Positions 40,936 through 57,700 of a DNA stretch of 64,000 nt are shown here, piece after piece. A program made the translations under genes and the position numbers. Source of the stretch: Eimeria praecox (taxonomy: Eukaryota). The notes under the pieces were generated by a model. The model was not told where the DNA came from. It did not search any database and saw nothing but the letters and a program-made list of their open reading frames with translations. The stretch is from positions 558,001-622,000 of the forward strand of contig OY986946.1 of assembly GCA_963920595.1 (NCBI GenBank). The letters are read 5' to 3'. The first letter of the stretch is position 1; every line of letters begins with the position of its first letter.

Positions 40936-42303
40936 TCACGGTTCAACAGCTCCAAAAGGAGCGAATCCCATCATGGGTTCGTTGAACATCTCTGGGGCCT
41001 CCCAGACGCCGAGGTTGCGGAATGCTCCAGATTGATAGTTCATGTTACGGGCTACGCTGTGTCCATAGGGGGATCCGAGCGATCCCATGCGTCCCATAGG
41101 GGCAGCAGGGCCTTGCTGTGGGTAGTTCATATTGTTTACAGTGGGTGTGTAGCGTTGGTTCATAGGAGTCTGATAGTAGCCATAGTTAGGGTAGCCGGTA
41201 TTGTTGTATCCCTGAGCGCTCATATGATTGTTGTATGCGTCTGGCATCATAGGGGCGGCGTATGCATAGGGAGGCTCCATCATCATTGGATCCTCCTCAC
41301 CTAATCGGCGGTGGAAGACTTCATGCTCAGAAAAGATGGGCTCGGGGGCAGGGCTGGGGGTATGGGCTCCGCTACATTCATTGCAAGTGTTGCTGAAGCA
41401 ACGGGAGCTGTTCCAGCTGCAGGGAGAGTGAACAGGGTAGCTCCAGCTGTAGTTGTAGTAGTACCGAGGGTAGGAGGCCACGGGGTAGCTGTAGACGGGG
41501 TAGGGATGAGAGTAGTAGTAGCTGTATTGGGGGTAGCGGTAGCCGTAGGTGTAGCCATAGCTGTAGTATCCTCTGCCTTTGCGGCCCATATTACGTGTGG
41601 GGCTGCTGGTGTCTTCTTCTGTTGTCTTAGGTACGTATTTGACAATATCTTCCTCTGCTATACCGGCGGCTCTGAGGTTGTGGTACATGCGAACGAGGAA
41701 CTCCTCTGCTGCTCTGTTAGCTGCGTTGAATACATCTCTTTCTTCTACAGGTCCAGCGATGCCGCTCATCCAGGCAGATGTTTGAACACCGCGAAGAGAG
41801 GCCCACAGCGCGTCCACTACAATATCTTGAACTCGCACTTCCTTCATAAACTTGCGAGTAGCTTCACGTGCAGCTTGATCTTCAGCCTCTGTAGCGGTGA
41901 TCTCAGTGGCTGCTTCACGAGTAATAGCCATGCGGCTGCTGATCATCTCCAGCATCGAGTTCACACGCTCAAGAGCGGAAGAGCCACTCTCATTCCAACC
42001 AAGGGCATCGCTGAGGTACGCCTGAATGTCCTCCATCAACTGGCGCATGAGAGTCTCCTGAAGTTGCAGCTGCTTCTGCACAGCGCGGTTGAATCCCTCA
42101 AGCCACTGCTGGGCCGTATCGGGGGCGGCAGTGGAGGTGCTAGAGGAGCTGCCCTCAGCAGGAGGGCTGCGAGTTACGCTTTCTTGGTAGGTTTCCATCT
42201 CACTCAGACGATGAAAGGCACGGTCTATGGGAGTAGGGAGTGCCAACGACTGCCCCGCTGCAAGAGCCACTGCGGCCAGAGCACAGGCCGTGAAGCGAGT
42301 CAT
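40936..42303 (-). CDS. gam59: GAM59 (GAM56 paralog) oocyst-wall precursor (455 aa from MTRFTAC)
   Basis: Signal peptide MTRFTACALAAVALAAGQSLA. Shares ATRKFMKEVRVQD..DALWASLRGVQTSAWM, AAEEFLVRMYHNLRAAG and RNMGRKGR with the adjacent gam56. Shorter Tyr-rich block, Cys cluster, HRRLG. Confidence 0.8.
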   Translation of the reverse strand: MTRFTACALAAVALAAGQSLALPTPIDRAFHRLSEMETYQESVTRSPPAEGSSSSTSTAAPDTAQQWLEGFNRAVQKQLQLQETLMRQLMEDIQAYLSDALGWNESGSSALERVNSMLEMISSRMAITREAATEITATEAEDQAAREATRKFMKEVRVQDIVVDALWASLRGVQTSAWMSGIAGPVEERDVFNAANRAAEEFLVRMYHNLRAAGIAEEDIVKYVPKTTEEDTSSPTRNMGRKGRGYYSYGYTYGYRYPQYSYYYSHPYPVYSYPVASYPRYYYNYSWSYPVHSPCSWNSSRCFSNTCNECSGAHTPSPAPEPIFSEHEVFHRRLGEEDPMMMEPPYAYAAPMMPDAYNNHMSAQGYNNTGYPNYGYYQTPMNQRYTPTVNNMNYPQQGPAAPMGRMGSLGSPYGHSVARNMNYQSGAFRNLGVWEAPEMFNEPMMGFAPFGAVEP

Positions 42304-44360
42304 TGTTTGTTCTGAGCTGCGACCACTCAATCGCACCACAACGCAATACCAAGCCACACACACAAATGCGAAACAATTACATTCTGCCTCTAAGACGCTC
42401 CCCCAATTCAACACCAAGCGCTTAACCAGCAGAGACCGGCGGTGGGTGACTGACACGATAGACAGCGTGCGCAGCGACAGGTGACCCGAGGCGAAACGCT
42501 TGGCGTGTCATGAGTTTGTTAAAAGAAAACTAATTCCATATTTCGCAAAATTTTCGTATTAGTTCATTTTAAAATTGCACATTTATCTAATAGAATCACA
42601 TAGATGGGGTGAAAACGTTTAGGCTTATCCAAACCAGCTACAAACTCTCGGCTGTGGTGGTCCGTCGGCGGACCGCCCTAGTGGACGCCTACTGCAGGTT
42701 CTTGAAATCCATTACTAACGTGAAGTGTTCTAAAATATTGGCTAAATAATTGGCTTAAAGGTTTTGCCTCTTCTGCGTTTGAAACAGCTGGAGAGTTTGA
42801 AACTCGCACGATAGCGGAGCCACACACGGGAGCGATGCCACAGCACGGCACCACTCCACTGGTTGCTGCAAGTATACACCAGAAATAAAGCTTCTACCGC
42901 TCCTCATACAATGTGAAAAAGATGTTTTTATTAATGTTTTTCACATTTGAGACCCTGCATTTTCAGTTCTAAGCTGCAACCTGTCAATCTCCCTTATACA
43001 TACAAGTTAACGGGCTATGGAAGTTTCGATCTCCTGAAGGTAAATTGGCATAATGTCCTCTGATTATTTGTTATCAGGGCGACTGAAACAGATTTAATAG
43101 ACAGGGAATGCCTAGAGCAGTTCCGATAGGCTGTCACCATTATTGCTCAGCCTGCTTTTTGATGTTATATCAAGTATTACCTGTTCTTAACACTGACTAT
43201 TGCAACGTGTACATTTACCGATATCACCGATACGTTACCTTGTTGCATTGCTAATCCATTAAATACAATTTCACGAACAATCAGGTGCCCTCGAAATTTG
43301 GCCTCATTTCTTCTTTTGAGAGATGCTGCTTGAGATGCTGCATTGCATTACGTGACGTTTTCTATGTGATTATTCGATCATTCGTTTTTTCAATATATTT
43401 TTTCCTAATATATAATTGTTATACAACTAGTGGTATCTCAGGTGCTCTATCATTGCAATAGGCTGTACTGTCAGTATTACTACAGTAGAGTCTAGTAATT
43501 CAACAAACCCAAATGCTACATTGGTGAGCGTTTCAGCGAAGTATTTAGGAGGATGTTTCCTGCTACTTCGCGTGATTATGCTAACTCTACAACTTTCCTA
43601 AATACACTGCGTCATATTCATTCTTATATTAGTGCGTTTATTCTGTATCATGATGCTCATTTCAGCTAGTTGTACCAGTAGTTGGCCTTCATCATACCAC
43701 AATCTCTAACTATATAACGAACGACTTCGACCAAAAGAGCACAAAGATAAAACGGGAGATATATAACCCGTGCAACAATGAAGAGAGACAGCAAGTCATA
43801 GTAGAGCTACAGCTCTTAAACTTCACAATCAGCTAATTGTTTGCTCGCCAACGCGCTGTACTTGAATCATAAGAAAAGTATGTACAGTAAGAATAATGAG
43901 GATTTAATACCTAACGAGGTTTCTCGCTATAGCGATGACAAATCCTATGGCCTACACCAACTTATTCAACTACGAATAATTGTTGATTTGAGGCAGCAAA
44001 TACATTTATTTTAAGAATAAAAAATACATAAATACAATTTGAGAGCATTCGTAGTTTAGCATGAGGCAGCAAACACAATTTAATTTTTGCCGAAGTCAGC
44101 AAACTCCCAACAAATAAATTTCTACTGAAGAGCTGAAAATTTTTACTGTACAAAACACAACAAAGCGCAAGCGGGCTCGCATACTTGTAGAGATACGTAG
44201 TCTATCTTTTTTATTATTCCTCCCAAACTCTAAGGTATTTGTTCTTTCTTATCAGCATATAATCATTTTATACGCTGGATTGTTTCTGCTTTACTTGCGA
44301 GCAATCACGTTTAGGCACGGAGCGCTGCAAATTTCTCGCATGCAAACGCCGAAACTCCTT

Positions 44361-44426
<66 letters not shown>

Positions 44427-44569
44427 TTATTTATTTAGCTTTCTTTTCATAGCATGAGTAGAGTAAAGAGAGTAGACGCGCAAGGCAGTCTATTAGAAAA
44501 AAAGAAGGCCCAGTTTCCCCTTAAGCTTGGCACTTATTAAGCTTGCGTACAAGTGGATAAGTTCCGGCA

Positions 44570-44776
44570 TGCATGCAAAGGGATACATAAATAGGTCAAT
44601 GTTTACAACTGAGTGTACATAGAAGTGAATAAATACATACTTTGGGGGATGAACGTATGCATGCATTTAGAGAAACGCCGAGTATATACACCCGAAAATG
44701 CACACAATTATTTCTCTCTGTAGCTATAACGAAGGCTACAATGATATGTATGCTCATGCGCATGCACGTGCATGCA
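44570..44776. promoter_or_regulatory. Cluster of TGCATGCA palindromic octamers upstream of USP14
   Basis: TGCATGCA at 44570, 44658 and 44769, with nearby GCATGC/CATGCA. It is a known over-represented apicomplexan (ApiAP2-type) motif; function here is inferred only. Confidence 0.5.
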
Positions 44777-45691
44777 TATGCAGCTCCCTAGATCGTCTGC
44801 CCATTCTCTACAACTGTTTCGTTTATCGCTTCCCTAGTGTTTCTCTAACTTGGTTCTTTGGCATTGCATTGAACCCTCTAAAGGGCATTTGACGATAATG
44901 TTGCCATTCATGCAGCTTATGAAATAAACGAAAGTTACAACACGCGAATTGTATATCATACTAAAGCTAATACTTAACCCCTTCAGTCGTGTTTACCTAC
45001 GTATGCAGACTGTGCCATCCACGAACCGCCGAAGCAGCACTAGGAAGAAGCTTTTGTTACAAATAATTCAACAGGAAATGCTTTACGAGGCGAAATTAAA
45101 GAAATAATGAAATGGATTATATGCACGTATCTGCGTTCGCTCCTGTTTGGAGGCGGCTTGTGATGTTCGACAGGAAGATGCCTTCCGCTTTTAAGTAGTG
45201 TATTTTATATCTTATTCTACACTTTCTACTAGATAAAATGGGAGATAAGGAGCAGACAGCCGAAGTTTGGGGAGAACGATGAGTATATAGCTGCTAACCC
45301 ATGTAGATCAAATTGCTGACGGCCGACCAGTGGCCGTGACGGTTACATTTCAAATGGGGCATTGGAGAAAAATATGAATAATAGGATTAAAAGGTCTTTT
45401 TACCTTCTGATAACACTTTAATCGGGTTTAAAATCGGGTTTCCTCATAAAAAGAAAAGAGCGTTGTGTACGTACACCCGAGGGCTTCTTCCAGCACGAGC
45501 TGCTGTTCGGCGGCTACCGCATGCTAGGGGTGAAACCGTGAAGGTGTTTTCTTTGTATGTTTTTGCCTGTTAAGTCTGCCTCGTTATTTTCTGTTGACTG
45601 CTTTTCACGCAGCAGTTGGGCTCGTACACACTTTGAGGAGCTGCCCTCTCTCTTCCCCCCTCCTGGCTTACGTGTTTCCTCTCTTAGCAAG

Positions 45692-49684
<3,993 letters not shown>

Positions 49685-51722
49685 TGTGTATGCAACTTAC
49701 GAGCGTTTCCGACCAAGGAAGCCACATTGCATCAGTCCTCTCGAAACTCCCCTTAATCTCAAGCAGATTCAGAACTCAGGAGCCTCGAACGCAGATTCTC
49801 TGAGCTTTTTTTTATTCCCTTGTTTCGTCTTCGGCCCTCCTCGGCACGCTGCTAGCAACCATAGGTGTATGGGAGTGCAGGTGATCGATCCTCCTTGCTG
49901 GCCATGCAGGGGAGGATGTGCTGTAGCCGCAGCCGACTAGCCACCAAACTAGCTGCCGGCTTGATATCTGCGCTTCGAGCAACACTGTGCGAAAGTGCAA
50001 ACAGTAGTAGCTCAATACTGTTCATTTTTTTCTTGCTGTTTGGTGGGGTGTGGAGGGATGGAATGCCGTTCTTTCACGCATTTCGCCAGCAACGCGCTGA
50101 GTGAAGAGCTGTGGGAGGTGATGATGACGCGCATCAATGATTTGGGGATTGTCAGTTTTGCCTTTGCCTATACACTGCACAGTATTTAGAAGGGCTGGAG
50201 GTTTCAGTGCCTGCAGTCAGAAGCGCGTCGGGGTATTGCCTTTTTAGCTGTTGATCTCTTTTCCCTTCAGCACGCTGCAGCAGAAAATCACCTCCCGGCT
50301 CTGCATGGGAAGCACAGCCCCACTGCTAATTTACTGCTGGGTGTTCTGTTCCACTTGTATCTAAAGTTTCATAGGGCAGTCACCTGGGGCGGGGGGTGTG
50401 GGGAAGGGTGGGGGCGGGCGGGGGGGCTTTGTGTTGCTCTCGCAAGGGCCTGCCAAAGAGCCTCGCCTGTTCGGCTGCACTTACTTACTTCAAGCACATG
50501 GCTGCGAAATAGACGTTAATTCATGCTATACACATTGGATAGCTACTGTTAACTGGCTACAGCGCATCAGCGGAATTTACCGCTTTACGAGGTCCGCAAG
50601 CGGGAAACTTAAGATAATGATTTCGCACGACCTCTCGTTCGAAACAACTGAGGTGCACAGAACAAAGTAAAGGATGTTAATACAAAATGAGGGTTAGGGT
50701 CATCGCGAGTTCTTTCAGACCTACAATGCCGCTTCTCCCGCATACAACAACCGGCTAGCACGCACGGGGAATGAAGGGTCTCTAACAAAGAAACGGGATG
50801 GAGGAAGCACAGGGAAGCCTATGGGGCGGATAAGTTAATTAAACGGGAAGACGAAAGGCGATCCACTCAACGAATCCCTGGACTTCCGCAGTAGCAGCGG
50901 AGTGCACCGGTGTGCCCTCCAAATAGCAATTGAAGAACTCCCATTCCCACCCTCTTCAAAGCCACTTCAGTATCCTTTCGTTGTGGCATCCTTCCACTAT
51001 TTAAGATTTGAACTTAGGCTTAACTGAAGATGAACAAAGTAGCTTCTAATTACTAGTGACGCCAACTGTTGCGGGTGCTCAGGGCGTGGCCTGTGTCTGG
51101 GGCGGCCGAACCCGCTATACAGACATAAAAATATTGTTTATATACCTTGCTCGTAAGCATTACACATATACTAGCTTCTTGCAAAGGAAATCTAACGCAG
51201 GTTTTCGGTACTAAAGCACGAAGACTGCGGCCCACAGTCTCCCGACACGTCGTGTGCGACCAGTCATGTGGTGGCATGACGCCGGATTTACGCCAAAAGT
51301 ATTTGCTTTTCAACTTAGTAGTGTGGAATATACCATTTGTAATTTTGTAGTTGAAGGCAAAAGTTTCCTAGGGTAGTTGCAGACAGTGCTGTGACGAGCT
51401 CTTCTCCAGCTGCTCATGCGGCGTCTCTTCAGTCGGCGTTGGCTCCCTCTTGTCTCACGAGAGATATGAAGGATCACATCATTCGTTTCAATTTAATATA
51501 AGGGCCCTATTTCAGGGTCTCTTTACTGTTATATTCCACTCACTGCGAGGGACTAACCCTGGCAATTCTGCGTGGGTGTCAAAAGCGATGACTTGAGCAG
51601 GTGGGACGCCGCCGCCGAGTCGTCCAGGCGCAGTCCCCCTCGTATTTAAACCATTTGGATCTTGAACGCTTTTCATTGTTGATTTTAATGTCAAAAATAG
51701 GTTTTAATGGAGAATTTTCCCC

Positions 51723-54700
51723 ATGAGGGCTGGCCTGAGCGCTCGAGGGTCGTTTCGCCCGTGGGGTCACTTGGGAGACCTGCCTCGGCGCTGGCTGTGT
51801 TTGGCGTTCCTTGTACTTGTCGCGTTTTTCCAGCATTCTGAATCAAATGAAGAGCCCTTAAGAGGACCAGAAGGAGGGCTGGAATGGGGTTTCAGCCCCG
51901 ACGCCCTTGTGTCGACACATTCCCCAGCAGAAGCCTCCTCAAGGCGTTCTTTTTTCAGCCCTCAGTTTGATGCATTCGACGTTGCAACGCCTATCGTTGG
52001 GATTCACACAGAAGCAGAAGGATATGCGCTGCGGCAAACAAACACAGGCCCTCAAACGCCACCTGATGGCGCTGGCTCCAGTAGTAGCGGGGTAGAGGTT
52101 TTACAGCCTTCACCAATTGGCACATTCAAAGAAGCATCACCAACCAGGTCTAAGCAACATGAAGACGGTGAATATGAAGCATTTGTCCCCCCCGTGCCTC
52201 GCCGCCTCCAAGATATCCTCTCACCCTGGCATCCGCGGAGCGCGGCATCGGCTAACCAAACAACCACCACCACCCGCAGAAGCACGGTAACGAGAGCAAC
52301 GACGACACCTGCGCCGACTACAAAATCAGAATCGACATCGACTACTACCAAGCCAACAACCACTCTTCCTCCTCTTCAAGGCTGGAAGGAAGTCGAGGAA
52401 GGCCCGTTGGATGCAATGAAAAATGAACCCGACCTCACCCTCCTCACAAAAGCCATGGCATCCAACCCCTTAACCCAAGGGGACTCCATCATCACTCGGC
52501 TGGCCATCACTCTTTTCGCACCCACGGATGAGGCGCTTTCAAAGCTTGACGTCACGATGGAGGAGTTGGCAGAGATGGTGAGCAACCAAACAATGCGCAT
52601 GTACTTGTCAAAGTATGGCCTAAATTTCTGCTCCAGGCTTCAAAGGGCCTGCTTTAAGCTGCATTATTAAAGCCGTAGATTTTGAAGGCCGAGAGCTTAG
52701 AACCTAGAGTCTATGGCCTAGGTTTAAGGGTTTAGGATTTTGGGGGTTTTAGGGTTGCATCGCCCGATGAATTTGCAGAAAAACCTGGAGACTTTTTTGG
52801 TGTGTCTGTGTGAGAACAGAAATGGATGCCTCGGAAAGAGTGGGTAGAAGAAATGATCGTCATGACGCATCTCGTGGCGCCTCGTCTCATAGACCCACGC
52901 GAAATAACAACAGAAGAGTCTGTGTTTCAAACACGCAGCAACCAAGAATTGAGGATATACCGAGCTGGTCCTCCCGACCCGAAACCCCCTGCAGACGAGA
53001 ACAAAGATGACAGTTCCAAAAAAGGAGAAGACAGCGAAAAGGATGGACAGAAAGCCAGTCGTAGCAGCCCCTCCCGTGAGCGGCCGAAGGCCCGTAGTGG
53101 GGGAGGCTCCCGCGAAGCCTCCAGTACAGGCCGAGGAAGAAGCGAAGGGAGCAGTTCCGATGCATCTTCAAGCAGAACAGGGAGAAGTGGGGGGTCCTCG
53201 AGAGGTGGAGGGGAGGAGGGAGGGAACGATAGGGCCTCAGGCCCCAGTCCATCTCGTAGCCCCCGCCGGCGGACAGCGCAGAACGAACAGAAGGAAGAAG
53301 ACGACAGTGAGGAGGAAACAGAGGAGGATGAGGAAAGTGCAGAAGCAGATATCGAAAGTGAAGGTGGAGGGAGACGCCGCGATTCAGGCGTATCTCGCAA
53401 ACGGAGGGAAAGAGACGAGGAAGATCAAGAGGAGGAAGAGGACGACGGGGCGGGGGATAACCTTGAAAATCAAGCGGAGCATAAGAGGAGGCAAAGGAGA
53501 CGCCCTCGAGATAAAGCCAATGACGAAGACACTGATGTAGACCCTACACCAGAGGGCGATGATGATGAGGAAGAGGAAGACGAGCCTCGCAGGAAAACCA
53601 GCAGGAACAGGCAAAGCCGAGGCCGTTCCTCCTCATCACCGGCACGCTCGACAGAGGAAGTTGATAATGACGCCATAGAAGAAGATGAAGAGGATGAGGA
53701 TGAGGATGAGGAGAAGGAGGACAGGCCTTCCGCAAGAAAGCCTCAAAGGCAGCAGGGCAGATCTTCTCGTGCCCGGGCTGGTGCCGCTGAGGAGGAAGAA
53801 AATGATGCTGAGGGAGACCTGGCTGAAGAGGAGTTTGAAGAGGAGGAAGATGAAGACAACAACGAAGATCGCGACAGCGAAGAGGAGGAGGAAGTGGAGG
53901 AGGATAAGGAGAGGAGCGGAGGCCACGACGGTGAAGATGAGGAAGAGGATGAAGAGGAAGAGGAAGGGGAAGACGATGAGAGTGAGGACGAAGGGGAAGA
54001 GGATGATCACGAAGAGGATGATGGAGCGACAGCTGGAGTCAATGACATTCGAGGTGGGAGGAGGAAAAGAGAGGAGCCTCGCGTACCACAAGCCGACGAC
54101 GACAACTCAGAAGCTATTTCAGAAGACGAGGACGGAGTCAGCCGCCTCGGGGAACAACGCACACAACGGCGGAATCGGGACTTGGATTCAAGAGCCCAAC
54201 CCTCTCGCAACCATCACACCACCGCCACCACCACCCAACGCCCTGTAACCTCCCGCGTGGGTTCTTGGAGAACAACGCGGCAGGAAGACGAGGCATCCAG
54301 GGCTTCTTCAGAGGAAGCAAGCGGGCGGTTTCCGAGAGGGCGCATTACAACACCTTCCAGCCGTCGCTCGCAACAGACGACAGTGCGCGCTCCCCTCTCC
54401 GACGACGAGGATGAGGAGGAAGAAGGGGGCATTGGCGGGGGCTCCTCTGCAGATGACGACGAAGAGGATGAACAAAGGCATGCCGATTCGCAGGCAACCG
54501 AGTGGAGAACTCTCCCTCCCTTCAGGCGGAGCAGGTCGACCACTATGACCTCCCGAACTTCCTCATCTTTTATTACTTCTGGAAGACAGCAGCGGAATCG
54601 GGTGAGGGGGGACTACTTGTCAAGGCAGAACACGGAAGAGACAGCTGAAGACGGCGCTCCCGGAGGGAATTTCCAGTTGAGGTCCCCACCGCTGAGACAG

Positions 54701-57700
54701 AGAGAGGCGTCCTTCGAAGAAAGGCCTCTTCAACCCAATTCTCGGCAGGGCCCACGGACCTCCAGGCGCTTTGGACAGCAGGCTACAGACAGCGTATCGG
54801 AGGATTCCCCACTCATAGAACGGAGCGGAATTCTTTCCGGGGTCACTTGGAGGGAACCCGACGAAGATGACAAAGAAGATACCGACGAGGAGGGTGATGT
54901 AGGAAGTGGTATGCTGCGGCGAAGATTAAGCGAGGAGGCGAGCAGCAGCAGCACGTCCTCACCTGCACCCCCGCCCGTAAACACCAGCTCAACAGGCAGC
55001 AGTCCCAGGTCTGTCACCAGCTTTGCACCAGCTAGCGAGGGGAATGGAACCACGAAGGGAATATTTCAACAGTCTTTATACACTCAGAGTGCTGCCCCAG
55101 GGGTGGCCACTTCAACGACGGCTGCGCAAGATCCCTCTTTCCGCCACACCACCAGTGGCAGCAGCCGCAACAGAAGCACTTGGTGGAGGATCAGCAGCAG
55201 CACTCCCCTGACAACTGCAGCAGCTCCATCAGAGTTGGCGAGTGCTGCCCAGAGCTCTGCAAAACCTGCAGGCGAAAGACACGCTAAGGAGGCGAACCTC
55301 GGGGTAACCCTCACCACGACACAAACCCCAGATATTCAAAGCCGCGCCATTCCCACACTTTCCAGCTCGCAGCGCCCACGATGGCGCGACGGATACCCCC
55401 GTGGAACTGTATCGACGCAAGGAGAGGAGGCTGTCACGATGCGTCCGTCTCTCAGCAACACGAGCACTGCCCCAACAAGCGTGACACATGCTTCACGGCA
55501 CACGCAGAAACCCCAGGGCCTTCCAGCTGCAACCCAGCCAACGATTAGCAGCACCAGCCCCCAGCAGGCGACGCCACACAGCTCAAGTTCCCCTGCTGTC
55601 GCTCCAGGTACAAGGTTTACATCCCCCATGTCCGAGGCTTCCTCAAGCCCCCACCATCCGACAAATATTGCACAAGACCAGTCCACCCGAATCACTTATT
55701 CTTCTCTATGGAAACGTACAGCAACGCAGACGCCGGCGACTGCCTCCGCCGGCGCACCAGGCCTTTTCCCCACAACTGCAGCTCGCGGATCAAGGGCACG
55801 TCAAGGCGGCATACCCACCCCAACTGGGACTCCACGAGGGAGCACTACATTGACAGCCTCACCACCTAGGCCCACAACGAAGGACCAAGACGATGGAGAC
55901 GAAAAGGAGCGCCATGAGGGTGACAGCATACGAACCACTGCTGGCCTTCCACCAAGCTCGCCTGAAGGCGACAGATCTAGCTCTTCAACTCGTGTCCCAG
56001 GGGAACGCATTACACTGACAACCATTCCACCCAAGGGCGATACACAAGAGGGACCCGATAGAGCCAAAAGCGAGGACGACGAGGGTGACAGCACACGCAC
56101 CACTGCAGCCCGCGCATCAAGATCGCCTCAAGGCAGCACATTGACCTCTTCCACTCTGGCTCCAAGGGGAAGCACTACACTGACAACCTCACGACCCGGA
56201 CGCACAACAAAAGGTGAAGAAGATGAAGATGAAGATGAGGATGACAGCATACGCACCACTGCAGCCCGCCCATCAAGATCGCCTCAAGGCAGCAGATCCA
56301 GCTCTTCCACTCTGGCTCCAAGGGGAGGCACTACACTGACAACCTCACGACCCGGACGCACAACAAAAGGTGAAGAAGATGAAGATGAAGATGAGGATGA
56401 CAGCACACGCACCACTGCAGCCCGCGCATCAAGATCGCCTCAAGGCAGCAGATCCAGCTCTTCCACTCGGGCTCCAAGGGGAGGCACTACACTGACAACC
56501 TCACGACCCGGACGCACAACGAAAGGTGAAGAAGATGAAGATGAAGATGAGGATGACAGCATACGCACCACTGCAGCCCGCCCATCAAGATCGCCTCAAG
56601 GCAGCAGATCCAGCTCTTCCACTCGGGCTCCAAGGGGAGGCACTACACTGACAACCTCACGACCCGGACGCACAACAAAAGGCGAAGAAGATGAAGATGA
56701 AGATGAGGATGACAGCACACGCACCACTGCAGCCCGCCCATCAAGATCGCCTCAAGGCAGCAGATCCAGCTCTTCCACTCGGGCTCCAAGGGGAGGCACT
56801 ACACTGACAACCTCACGACCCGGACGCACAACAAAAGGTGAAGAAGATGAAGATGAAGATGAGGATGACAGCATACGCACCACTGCAGCCCGCCCATCAA
56901 GATCGCCTCAAGGCAGCAGATCCAGCTCTTCCACTCGGGCTCCAAGGGGAGGCACTACACTGACAACCTCACGACCCGGACGCACAACAAAAGGTGAAGA
57001 AGATGAAGATGAAGATGAGGATGACAGCACACGCACCAGTGCAGCCCGCCCATCAAGATCGCCTCAAGGCAGCAGATCCAGCTCTTCCACTCGGGCTCCA
57101 AGAGGAGGCACTACACTGACAACCTCACGACCCGGACGCACAACAAAAGGTGAAGAAGATGAAGATGAAGATGAAGATGACAGCACACCCACCACTGCAG
57201 CCCGCGCATCAAGATCGCCTCAAGGCAGCAGATCCAGCTCTTCCACTCGAGCTCCAAGGGGAGGCACTACACTGACAACCTCACGACCCGGACGCACAAC
57301 GAAAGGTGAAGAAGATGAAGATGAAGATGAGGATGACAGCACACGCACCACTGCCGCCCGCGCATCAAGATCGCCTCAAGGCAGGCGATCGACCTCTTCT
57401 ACTCGAGGTCCAAGGGGAGGCACTACACTGACAACCACACGACCCGGACGCACAACGAAAGGTGAAGAAGATGAAGATGAAGATGAGGATGATAGCACAC
57501 GCACCACTGCAGCCCGCGCATCAAGATCGCCTCAAGGCAGCAGATCCAGCTCTTCTACTCGAGGTCCAAGGGGAGGCACTACACTGACAACCTCACGACC
57601 CGGACGCACAACAAAAGGTGAAGAAGATGAAGATGAAGATGAGGATGACAGCACACGCACCACTGCCGCCCGCGCATCAAGATCGCCTCAAGGCAGCAGA

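Noticed and set aside
36923..42315. Plus-strand ORFs 36923-37906 and 41311-42315
   Set aside because: Antisense to gam56 and gam59, with no independent features.
42500..45600. Additional gene, ncRNA or retrotransposon remnant in the spacers 34.6-36.7, 38.3-40.9, 42.5-45.6 and 49.7-51.7 kb
   Set aside because: Only short ORFs without recognisable motifs; no LTR, gag/pol, tRNA or rRNA signature was visible by eye.
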